A stretch of DNA of 64,000 nucleotides from Natronoarchaeum mannanilyticum (GTDB lineage Archaea > Halobacteriota > Halobacteria > Halobacteriales > Natronoarchaeaceae): positions 1,437,792 through 1,501,791 of the forward strand of contig NZ_BAAADV010000001.1 in assembly GCF_039522665.1 (NCBI RefSeq). The letters run 5' to 3'. Below are positions 55,027 through 64,000 of this stretch, piece by piece (the stretch's first letter is position 1; each line of letters starts with the position of its first letter). The notes beneath the pieces are model-generated. The model saw only the letters and a program-made list of their open reading frames with translations, searched no databases and was not told the DNA's origin. Position numbers and translations under genes: made by a program.

Positions 55027-55725
55027 ATGGGAGACGACGAGCGAAGCGACTCGGACGACGCCGACCCGACGAGTCAGTCGCTGCGCGAGCTCGGCAGCGA
55101 GATGGGGCTTGGATCGATCGTCGCACATCTCTACCGCGGCGAGATGGATCGGGTCATCAACTGGCGCACCCGGCTGGACAGCACGACGAACTTCGCGGTC
55201 ACCGTGATCGGCGCCGTGCTGGCCTACGCCTTCTCCGGGCAGGGCGCCGGCCACACTGTGGTCCTCGTCGGCATCATGATCGGGACCGTGTTCCTGCTGA
55301 TCGAGGCCCGTCGCTACCAGCTCTACGACGTCTGGCGCTCGCGGGCCCGGGTGCTCCAGGAGAACCTGTTCGCGAACGCGCTCGATCCCTCGGCGGGCGT
55401 CGAGCAGCGCGACTGGCGCGCCGAGCTGAGTCGGGACTACCGGCAGCCGTCCGCGAAGATGGCGTACCACGTTGCCGTCGCCCACCGACTCCGACGTGTC
55501 TACCTCCCGCTGCTGGGCGGGCTGGGCGCGGTCTGGTTGTTCCGCCTCGCCGCGTACGGGGACGACGGACTGGTCGACTCCGCCGCCATCGAGGGCGTGT
55601 CGGGGACGATCGTGCTCGGCACCGTCGCGGCGTTCTACGCGGCGTTGCTGGGGCTCGCGATCGCGGCCGACACGCGCGGCGAGACGAGCGGGAGCGACCA
55701 CGCGCAGCTCGACCGGCGTCGGTGA
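55027..55725 (+). CDS. DUF2270-like membrane protein.
   Basis: Four TM helices with the conserved ARRYQLYDVWRSR motif region. Confidence 0.6.
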   Translation: MGDDERSDSDDADPTSQSLRELGSEMGLGSIVAHLYRGEMDRVINWRTRLDSTTNFAVTVIGAVLAYAFSGQGAGHTVVLVGIMIGTVFLLIEARRYQLYDVWRSRARVLQENLFANALDPSAGVEQRDWRAELSRDYRQPSAKMAYHVAVAHRLRRVYLPLLGGLGAVWLFRLAAYGDDGLVDSAAIEGVSGTIVLGTVAAFYAALLGLAIAADTRGETSGSDHAQLDRRR

Positions 55726-55821
55726 TCTCGACCCGACGCCGAACGCGGGTTTCGACGCCGCCGAGGGTGCGAAACAACGGCTTTATGCGCCCGCCGGGTC
55801 GACTCTGGCCTGTCTAGAGGT

Positions 55822-57468
55822 ATGAGCCGAGACACTGATCCCCGCGAGGCCAGCGAATCGTCGTCCGAACAGCCGTCGTCGGACGGGGAGCGCTGGCGCT
55901 CCGACGCCGACGCGTCTCCGACAGCCTACACTGACGGAGGCGCCGCCGCGGGCGCCGACGAGGTCGCGCTCGACCCGTGGGGGTCGTCCTCGGTCGCCGA
56001 CTACCGGAAGCTGTTCGAGGACTTCGGCATCGAGGTGTTCGAGGAGCTACTCGACGGCGTCCCCTCGCCACACTACCTGATGCGCCGGGGCGTGATCTTC
56101 GGCCACCGCGACTACGAGCCCGTCGCCGAGGCGATGCGCGAGGGCGAGCCCTTCGCCGCCCTGTCGGGCTTCATGCCGACCGGCGACCCCCACATCGGCC
56201 ACAAGCTGGTGTTCGACGAGATCATCTGGCACCAGGAGCGCGGCGGCGACGCGTACGGCCTGATCGCCGACCTCGAAGCCCACAGCGCCCGGGGGATGAC
56301 GTGGGACGAGATCGACGAGCACGCCCGCGACTACGTGCTCTCGCTGCTCGCGCTGGGCTTCGACCCCGAGGAGGGAACGCTGTACCGCCAGTCGGACAAC
56401 CGCGAGGTGCAGGATCTGGCGTTCGAGCTGGGCGTCGAGGCGAACTTCTCGGAGCTGGGGTCGATCTACGGCTTCGACGGCGAGACCGACGTCTCGCACA
56501 TGCAGTCTGTCGTCACCCAGATGGCCGATATCCTCTACCCGCAGGTCGCCGACGAGCCAAAGCCCACCGTGATCCCGGTCGGTCCCGACCAAGACCCTCA
56601 CATGCGGCTGGCGCGGGATCTGGCCGCTCGCACGCGCTACTTCGGCGTCACCGAGGCGTACGCCAGCTTCGAGGCGACGCCGACCGAGCGCCGGCTGATC
56701 GGCGAGGCTTACAACGACCTTGGCGGCGAGGACGCCCGCACCGACGACGATGCGGAGGACGTGCGCTGTGAAGACGCCGCCGACTGGCTCCGCGAGCACG
56801 AACCCGCGCCGGACGACGCCCGGCAGACCGCGATCGAGAAGCTCGACGCCGCGGGGATGGAGCCCGTCCGCCCGCGGGTTCGGTTCCTCGACCAGCACGC
56901 CCCCGAGGACGCCTTCGAGGCGCTCATCGAGGCGATCGACGGCGAGAAGCGCGTCTACGACGCCCACATCGACACGTTCGAGCTCACCAGGGAGGAAGCC
57001 GACGAGCTCGCCCGCGAGGTCGAACTCGACCACGGCGGCTACGGCTTCCGGCCGCCGTCGTCGATCTACCACCGCTTCATGACCGGGCTGACCGGCGGCA
57101 AGATGTCGTCGTCGATCCCCGCCTCTCACATCTCGCTGCTCGACGACCCCGAGGACGGCTACGACAAGGTCAAGTCCGCCACGACGGGCGGCCGACAGTC
57201 AGCAGAGGAACAGCGCGAGAAGGGCGGGAAGGCCGACGAGTGTCCGGTCTACGAGCTGTACGCCTACCTGCTCGCGGGCGAGGACGACGAGTTCGCCAAG
57301 GAGGTGTACGACGAGTGCGTCGGCGGCGAGCGGCTCTGTGGCGACTGCAAGGAACAGGCCGCACAGCTCATGACGGAGTTCCTCGAGGACCACCAGGAGA
57401 AACGCGACGAGTGGGCCGAGAAGCTCGACGAGCTCGACATCGACCTCGACAGCGACCGGAAGCGGTAG
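55822..57468 (+). CDS. trpS: Tryptophanyl-tRNA synthetase (long haloarchaeal form).
   Basis: Class I HIGH (PHIGH) and KMSSS motifs. Contains a large acidic insertion and a C-terminal Cys-containing extension. Confidence 0.92.
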   Translation: MSRDTDPREASESSSEQPSSDGERWRSDADASPTAYTDGGAAAGADEVALDPWGSSSVADYRKLFEDFGIEVFEELLDGVPSPHYLMRRGVIFGHRDYEPVAEAMREGEPFAALSGFMPTGDPHIGHKLVFDEIIWHQERGGDAYGLIADLEAHSARGMTWDEIDEHARDYVLSLLALGFDPEEGTLYRQSDNREVQDLAFELGVEANFSELGSIYGFDGETDVSHMQSVVTQMADILYPQVADEPKPTVIPVGPDQDPHMRLARDLAARTRYFGVTEAYASFEATPTERRLIGEAYNDLGGEDARTDDDAEDVRCEDAADWLREHEPAPDDARQTAIEKLDAAGMEPVRPRVRFLDQHAPEDAFEALIEAIDGEKRVYDAHIDTFELTREEADELAREVELDHGGYGFRPPSSIYHRFMTGLTGGKMSSSIPASHISLLDDPEDGYDKVKSATTGGRQSAEEQREKGGKADECPVYELYAYLLAGEDDEFAKEVYDECVGGERLCGDCKEQAAQLMTEFLEDHQEKRDEWAEKLDELDIDLDSDRKR

Positions 57469-57839
57469 TCCCCAGTGGACGGGAGCGGTGGGCGCCATCG
57501 CCGCGGCGTCGAGACGCCGCGGTTCCCGCGTTGACGCCGCGCTCGCCGCGTCGGCGCGATGGCCGCGATGCCGACGAACGCGTAACGCTTTTTAGAACCC
57601 CTCACAACCGTTCGCACATGGCGTCCGAACCCCACGCCGGCGTTCGCGTCGATAGCAAGCCACGCGCGGCCAGAGCGGGGTTCGGCTTTTTTGTCGCGGC
57701 TTAGGGCCGGTGGACTCCGCGGAGCGACGGCGTCTCGACGCCGTCCCCGGACGAAACCGATCCGAGAAGAGCCGCACCGATGCCGTTCCAGACCGGAACC
57801 GGTAACTGACGACCGAGCGGTTGATCCAACAATGAACCC

Positions 57840-59351
57840 ATGAAACTCCCGGACGCACAGGTCGCGGTCTTGGAGACCGCGAGCGCGGACGACGCACAGA
57901 CGATCGACGCGATCGCGAACGCTACCGACCACAAGCCCGAGACGATCACCGGGGCGGCGTTCGATCTCGAAGAGCAGGGGCTCGTCGCCGTCGAGTCGGC
58001 GACCGAGGATGGCGTCGAGCTAACCGACGAAGCCCATCGCTATCTCGACGAGGGGCTTCCCGAGGTTCGACTGTACGAGGCAGCGCTGGCCCTCGACGCC
58101 GACGAGTCGCCGGTCCAGATGGGCCGGGCGATCGGCGAGTCGGGCCTCGACGGGCAGGCGGTCGACATCGCGCTGTCGAACTACGCCCGCAAGGGATACG
58201 GTTCGATCGACAGCGGCGAGATCACCGCCGACGCGGACGCCGACCCCGACAGCGATCCCGAGGCGACGGCGCTCGCCGCGCTCGATCGCGGCGACGCCGA
58301 CGTCGACGACGACACGCTCGATCGGCTCGACAGCCGCGGGCTGGTCGAGCTCACCGAGCGCACGGTTCGATCGGTTCGACTCACCGACGAGGGCGTCACG
58401 GCGCTGATGGAGGGCGTCGAGGCCGCCGAGTCCGTCGGCCAGCTCACGCCCGAGCTGCTCACGAGCGGCGAGTGGCGCGACGTCGAGTTCAGCGAGTACA
58501 ACGTCGAGGCCGACGCCGCCGAGGTCGGCGGCGGCAAGGAACACATCCTCCGCCAGACCGCGAATCGTGTCAAGGACGTACTGGTCGGGATGGGCTTCGA
58601 GGAGATGGAGGGCCCCCACGTCGACGCCGACTTCTGGATCAACGACTGCCTGTTCATGCCCCAGGACCATCCCGCGCGCACCCACTGGGACCGGTTCGCC
58701 ATGGATCAGCCCCGGGAGATCGACGAGCTGCCCGCGGATCTCGTCGACCGCGTCGAGGACGCACACCGCAACGGCGTCGGGCCTGACGGCGACGGCTACC
58801 ACTCGCCGTGGGACGAGGACTTCGCGCGGGCGCTCGCGCTACGCGGGCATACGACCTCCCTGTCGACGCGGTACCTCTCGGGCGAGCAGGTCGGCGAGCT
58901 CGAACCGCCCCAGCGGTACTTCAGCGTCGAGAAGGTGTACCGCAACGACACCCTCGATCCGACCCACCTGCTGGAGTTCTTCCAGATCGAGGGCTGGGTG
59001 ATGGCCGAGGACCTCTCGGTGCGTGACCTGATGGGCACCTTCGAGGAGTTCTACGCCCAGTTCGGCATCACCGACCTGGAGTACAAGCCCCACTACAACC
59101 CCTACACGGAGCCGAGCTTCGAGCTCTTTGGTACTCATCCCGAGACGGGCGAACTGATCGAGGTCGGAAACTCGGGGATCTTCCGCGAGGAGATGCTCGC
59201 CCCGCTGGGCGTCGAGGACGCCGACGTGATGGCCTGGGGGCTCTCCCTTGAGCGCCTGCTCATGCTGATCTACGGCTTCGAGGACATCCGGGACGTCCAC
59301 GGGACGCTGTGCGATCTCGAACTGCTGCGAGACACCGAGGTGATGTACTGA
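57840..59351 (+). CDS. pheS: Phenylalanyl-tRNA synthetase alpha subunit.
   Basis: Class II motifs 1-3 (…FRNDTLDPTHL…, GSGIFREE…, GWGLSLERL). Its stop overlaps the pheT ATG (TGATG). Confidence 0.93.
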   Translation: MKLPDAQVAVLETASADDAQTIDAIANATDHKPETITGAAFDLEEQGLVAVESATEDGVELTDEAHRYLDEGLPEVRLYEAALALDADESPVQMGRAIGESGLDGQAVDIALSNYARKGYGSIDSGEITADADADPDSDPEATALAALDRGDADVDDDTLDRLDSRGLVELTERTVRSVRLTDEGVTALMEGVEAAESVGQLTPELLTSGEWRDVEFSEYNVEADAAEVGGGKEHILRQTANRVKDVLVGMGFEEMEGPHVDADFWINDCLFMPQDHPARTHWDRFAMDQPREIDELPADLVDRVEDAHRNGVGPDGDGYHSPWDEDFARALALRGHTTSLSTRYLSGEQVGELEPPQRYFSVEKVYRNDTLDPTHLLEFFQIEGWVMAEDLSVRDLMGTFEEFYAQFGITDLEYKPHYNPYTEPSFELFGTHPETGELIEVGNSGIFREEMLAPLGVEDADVMAWGLSLERLLMLIYGFEDIRDVHGTLCDLELLRDTEVMY

Positions 59352-61111
59352 TGCCCACAGTAGACGTCGATCCCGACGAACTGCGCGACCTGACCGGCCA
59401 CGACGAGAAGAGCGACGAAGAACTCAAGGAGGACCTGTTCGGCCTCGGACTCGAGTACGAGGGCGAGACTGAAGATGGCGGGTTCGAGCTCGAGTTCGCG
59501 CCCGACCGGCTCGATCGCCTCTCGGTCGGGGGGATCGCCCGGTCGCTGCGCTACCACTACGGCGACGACCGGGGCGTGGACATCCCGAACACGAACGACG
59601 CCGACTGGACGATCGAAGTCGACGAGTCGGTTCCCGACGAGCGCCCCTACGTCACCGGCGCGGTGATCCGCGGCGTCGACCTCGACGAGGACGCGCTGGA
59701 CTCGCTGATCCAGCTCCAGGAGAAGCTCCACGCGACGATGGGGCGCAAGCGCGCCAAGGGCGCCATCGGCATCCACGACCTGACGATGCTGAAAGGCGAG
59801 GCCCCGGAACCGGGCGACGAGGCTGCGGACGACGCCGCCCCCGACGCGGGCGCCGCGACGCCGAACAAGTCCATCCGCTACACCGGCGTCGAGCCCGACG
59901 GCGATCGGTTCGTCCCGCTGGACTCGGACGCCGAGCTGACGCCCGGAGAGGTACTCGAAGGGCACCCCACCGGCGAGACGTACGCCGACCTCGTGGCCGA
60001 CTACGAACGCTTCCCGGCGATCTACGACGACATCGGCCTGTTCTCGTTCCCGCCGGTGATCAACGGCCGGCGGACCGAGGTGACCACCGACTCGCGGAAC
60101 CTGTTCGTCGAGCTGACGGGCACCGACCAGTGGACGATCGACCGGATGTGCGCGATCGTCTGCTACGCGCTCGACGCCCGCGGCGCGACGATCGAGGACG
60201 TCGTGGTGAACTACCCCGATCGAGAACTTCACCGACCGGACTTCGAGGTCAAGCAGAAGTCGGTCGCCCACGACCGCATCGAGACGCTGCTCGGCGTCGA
60301 TCTCGATCCCGAGGAGGTCGTCGACCTGTTCGAGCGGTCGGGGCTAGATGCCGAGACCGACGAAAACGAGGCGGGCGATCTCGCCTACGACGTCTCGATC
60401 CCGCCGTACCGCGTCGACGTTCTCCATCCCCTCGATCTGGTGGACGACACGGGACGGGCCTTCGGCTTCAACGAGCTGGAGCCGCGGTACCCCGACGTCA
60501 GCACGGTCGGCGGCCGCCACGAGCGCTCCCGGCTAGAGGACGCCGTCCGCACGCAACTCGTGGGGCTCGGCTTCGAAGACATGCTGAACTTCCACATGAT
60601 CAACGAGGCCGAGAACTTCGACCGGATGGGCCTCGAGGAGGGCGACGACGCCGTCGGCGCCGCGCGGCCGACGACGATCAAGAACCCCTACAGCGAGGAC
60701 TACACGATGCTTCGCACCTGGGCGCTCCCGTCGCTGCTGATGGTGCTGGAGCGCAACACCCACCGGAGCTACCCCCAGGACCTCGCGGAGATCGGACTGG
60801 CCGCCCACCTCGACGAGTCCGAGAACACCAACGTCGCCGAGCACCGGACGGTCGCCGGCGCGCTTGCACGTCACGACGCCTCCTACGAGGACGCCAAGGC
60901 CCGCCTGCAGGGGCTCGCGCGGAACTTCGACGTCGACCTGGAGACGCCGCCGACGAGCCACCCCTCGTTCATCGACGGCCGCACCGCCGAGGTAGTGATC
61001 GACGGTGAGTCGGTCGGCGTGATCGGCGAGATCCATCCCGAAGTGCTCGTCGAGCACGATCTGGAACTGCCGGTGGCGGCGTTCGAGTTCCAGCTGGACG
61101 CGCTGCGGTAA
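59351..61111 (+). CDS. pheT: Phenylalanyl-tRNA synthetase beta subunit.
   Basis: B3/B4 and B5 domains with the archaeal PheT architecture. Translationally coupled to pheS. Confidence 0.93.
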   Translation: MPTVDVDPDELRDLTGHDEKSDEELKEDLFGLGLEYEGETEDGGFELEFAPDRLDRLSVGGIARSLRYHYGDDRGVDIPNTNDADWTIEVDESVPDERPYVTGAVIRGVDLDEDALDSLIQLQEKLHATMGRKRAKGAIGIHDLTMLKGEAPEPGDEAADDAAPDAGAATPNKSIRYTGVEPDGDRFVPLDSDAELTPGEVLEGHPTGETYADLVADYERFPAIYDDIGLFSFPPVINGRRTEVTTDSRNLFVELTGTDQWTIDRMCAIVCYALDARGATIEDVVVNYPDRELHRPDFEVKQKSVAHDRIETLLGVDLDPEEVVDLFERSGLDAETDENEAGDLAYDVSIPPYRVDVLHPLDLVDDTGRAFGFNELEPRYPDVSTVGGRHERSRLEDAVRTQLVGLGFEDMLNFHMINEAENFDRMGLEEGDDAVGAARPTTIKNPYSEDYTMLRTWALPSLLMVLERNTHRSYPQDLAEIGLAAHLDESENTNVAEHRTVAGALARHDASYEDAKARLQGLARNFDVDLETPPTSHPSFIDGRTAEVVIDGESVGVIGEIHPEVLVEHDLELPVAAFEFQLDALR

Positions 61112-61116
61112 CCGGC

Positions 61117-61130
61117 TTTTCTTCCTCTTT
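61117..61130 (+). terminator. T-rich terminator after pheT.
   Basis: cttttcttcctctt immediately after the stop codon. Confidence 0.4.
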
Positions 61131-61287
61131 ACCGCTCAGCCGACTGGCGAGCGTAATAGCGAACAGGCGCCACTCTCCGGTCGCGGGGCGGCGTGGCGCA
61201 CAACCGCGGAACGCCCCGCGGCGAGTCTCAGGTCACGCCGGGCCTGGCCGCGGCTCCCGTCAAAAGGGTGTGGCCGCTCGCTCGGTG

Positions 61288-62343
<1,056 letters not shown>

Positions 62344-62406
62344 CGTTGGAGACCCCTTCGCGCTGGTGTAAAAAGTCCTCGGAGCACCGCCGACGATACG
62401 GATCTC

Positions 62407-62604
62407 TCAGAAATCGTGTTCCACTTCGTCCTGATCCGCCTTCTGAATGATAATCTTGTCTTCACGCACGCGGACGAATACTTCGTCGCCGATTTCCATC
62501 CCGGCAACCGCCAGCTCGTCCTCGTGGATGTTGATGTGTACGTTGTGGTACTCGCCGTCTTCGTCTTTCGCACCACTCGGACTGAGCTTCTTTTTCCGTA
62601 CCAT
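62407..62604 (-). CDS. AbrB/SpoVT-like swapped-hairpin DNA-binding domain protein (65 aa).
   Basis: Small basic N-terminus followed by a beta-rich segment (…VREDKIIIQKAD). Palindromic ACTTAAGT box about 40 bp upstream. Confidence 0.45.
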   Translation of the reverse strand: MVRKKKLSPSGAKDEDGEYHNVHINIHEDELAVAGMEIGDEVFVRVREDKIIIQKADQDEVEHDF

Positions 62605-62817
62605 CGGGGTAGTCTAGGACGAAGTTCGCCGTACGACCTACTTAAGTGTTTTCTACGGTCGCGGCGCCGGCGCGGCGTCTTGCGGCGCGCGCGAGGTCAA
62701 AGTGACCTGATACGTCCCGACGATGGGCGTCTCGTTGGCGGTTTTCACGCTCCCCTCCGCGATATCATGGAAAAAATTTATGTAGTATGTTTCGCATCGG
62801 CGTCCCGTCGGGGATAT

Positions 62818-62826
62818 CTTTATAGT
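62818..62826 (+). promoter_or_regulatory. TATA box (ctttatagt) for the MC1 gene.
   Basis: About 37 bp upstream of the ATG at 62863. A second AT element aaatttatgta lies at about 62775-62786. Confidence 0.45.
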
Positions 62827-62862
62827 GGGGCATGTGCTCGGTTGGCATGGAGGTCCAAAATC

Positions 62863-63171
62863 ATGGTACGTGAGGACGGTAAGCGGAACTTCGCGTTGCG
62901 ACGTAACGATGGTGAAGAACCGAGTGTCTTCTCCGGAAACACCCCCCGACAGGCAGCTCTCAAGGCGGCCCGGAGACTCGAACCCGCTCCGTCGGAAGAC
63001 GACGCCGACGAGACCGAGCTTCGGCTTCGAGAGAAGGGTACGGACAAGGTACATATCTATGAGGGCTGGGCTTGGCACGAGACGGCGCCCGACGACAAGC
63101 CCGACTGGATGCCCGACGAGATCACCGAAGCCAACGTCTCGAAGGAAGGCATCGAACACCTCGACGATTGA
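62863..63171 (+). CDS. mc1: Chromatin protein MC1 (non-histone chromosomal protein).
   Basis: RNFALRRNDGEEPSVFSGNTPRQAALKAARR…LRLREKGTDKVHIYEGWAW closely parallels Methanosarcina MC1 (…GVFTGKQPRQAALKAANR…IRLRERGTKKVHVF…). Confidence 0.9.
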   Translation: MVREDGKRNFALRRNDGEEPSVFSGNTPRQAALKAARRLEPAPSEDDADETELRLREKGTDKVHIYEGWAWHETAPDDKPDWMPDEITEANVSKEGIEHLDD

Positions 63172-63399
63172 CGCGGTGGACGGTCCCATCCCACGCCCAG
63201 AGATTTTCGCTGACCGTACAGTAGGCGTTGCCGGCAGCACGTGTTGAGCCGTTCTCATAGATGTGCCTGGCTGTTACTTCGCGCGTACACGCCATCCGAT
63301 AGCGAGGCTTGTCGCCTCCGTCACGTGTCCGCCCGCGTCTCACCGCTTCGTGCCGTTTCGTTCGATACGCCGTATCACGAGAACTGTCTCCGATGCCGC

Positions 63400-63740
63400 T
63401 TTCGTTCGACGGTCTTAAGTGTTCCACCAGCATCCGAATGAACGCGAACGGTGCGATGCACCATGACGCCGGGCCGCAGTTTCCAGCGTCTCGTCCGGGT
63501 CGGTCCGGACGACAGTCGGGCCAGCTCCCTCACGGCATCGATCCGATGCCCTTAAGTGGAAAAGGCCTGTACTGTTCAGGTGCGAACGTTCACTCCGACG
63601 CCAGACGGCGCCGGGGACGATCCGATGCCCTTAAGTGGAACAGGGCACTCGGATTGGATGCGAACGACACGATGCGACCGACGGACCGTTCAACTCGGTC
63701 TGTTGTCGTGCCGGACGCGCTCCGAAGGGTTTAACACCTC
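63400..63740 (+). promoter_or_regulatory. Tandem rRNA operon promoters.
   Basis: Repeated box-A-like CTTAAGTG elements at 63414-63420, 63551-63558 and 63631-63638. The last two sit inside an 18-nt identical repeat atccgatgcccttaagtgg. A further gggtttaacac lies at 63727-63737. Each is followed 20-30 nt later by a gcgaacg motif. This matches the multi-promoter arrangement known upstream of haloarchaeal 16S genes. Confidence 0.6.
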
Positions 63741-63970
63741 TTCGGAGCGTATCACAAAGTCCGGAAGGAAATGAGGATTCCACCCCTGCGGTCCGCCGTA
63801 CAGATGGGATCTGATGTTAGCCTTGGTAGTTCGGCGACATCCGGCCGATCGAGCGATGTCGTCGACCTACGGACCCATGCAATAGACGACCGTGGTCCCT
63901 GACGGGGACCACATTTGGTGTTGTCTCCTTTTGGGAGACATCCCGCCCACCGCCCCCACTCTGGGGGCAC

Positions 63971-64000
63971 ATTCCGGTTGATCCTGCCGGAGGCCATTGC
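63971..64000 (+). rRNA. rrs: 16S rRNA gene, 5' end (truncated by the window edge).
   Basis: ATTCCGGTTGATCCTGCCGGAGGCCATTGC is the canonical archaeal/haloarchaeal SSU rRNA 5' terminus. Upstream stem-loops (tggtccctgacggggacca; gtctccttttgggagac) fit leader processing helices. Confidence 0.9.

Overview
High-GC (~65%) haloarchaeal chromosomal segment (Haloferax-like gene content). It carries about 50 protein-coding genes and no CRISPR array or obvious mobile element. The window ends at the 5' start of a 16S rRNA gene, preceded by tandem rRNA promoters. Identifiable genes include: RFC small subunit; SAMP2-like ubiquitin-like modifier; Rio1 kinase with a Zn-ribbon gene and aIF-1A (a conserved translation neighbourhood); a 1314-aa Tat-secreted GH13 amylase with a PGF-CTERM-like C-terminus; PRPP synthetase; two phosphohexomutases flanking rpiA and a LarB/PurE-like gene; thermosome; an OCD-family alanine dehydrogenase-like gene; MFS transporter; leuS; Hsp20; prephenate dehydratase; the pdhA-pdhB-E2 + lpdA + lipA cluster; a Ski2/Sec63-type helicase; the tRNA splicing endonuclease; trpS, pheS, pheT; pyrD; chromatin protein MC1. 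The most unusual content is: (i) a pair of ~510-bp, hairpin-dense inverted repeats about 50 kb apart bracketing most of the window; (ii) a three-gene putative phospho-signalling module (Zn-ribbon/SPFH coiled-coil protein, FHA+Zn-ribbon protein, 6-TM Hanks-type Ser/Thr kinase); (iii) a NucS-N-terminal-like/topoisomerase-Zn-finger protein next to endA; (iv) perfect palindromic operator-like sites in the pdh/LUD divergent region; (v) two unlisted small Zn-finger ORFs and a frameshifted small membrane gene. Many long Arg/Ser-rich ORFs in the six-frame track are antisense or GC artefacts and were rejected.
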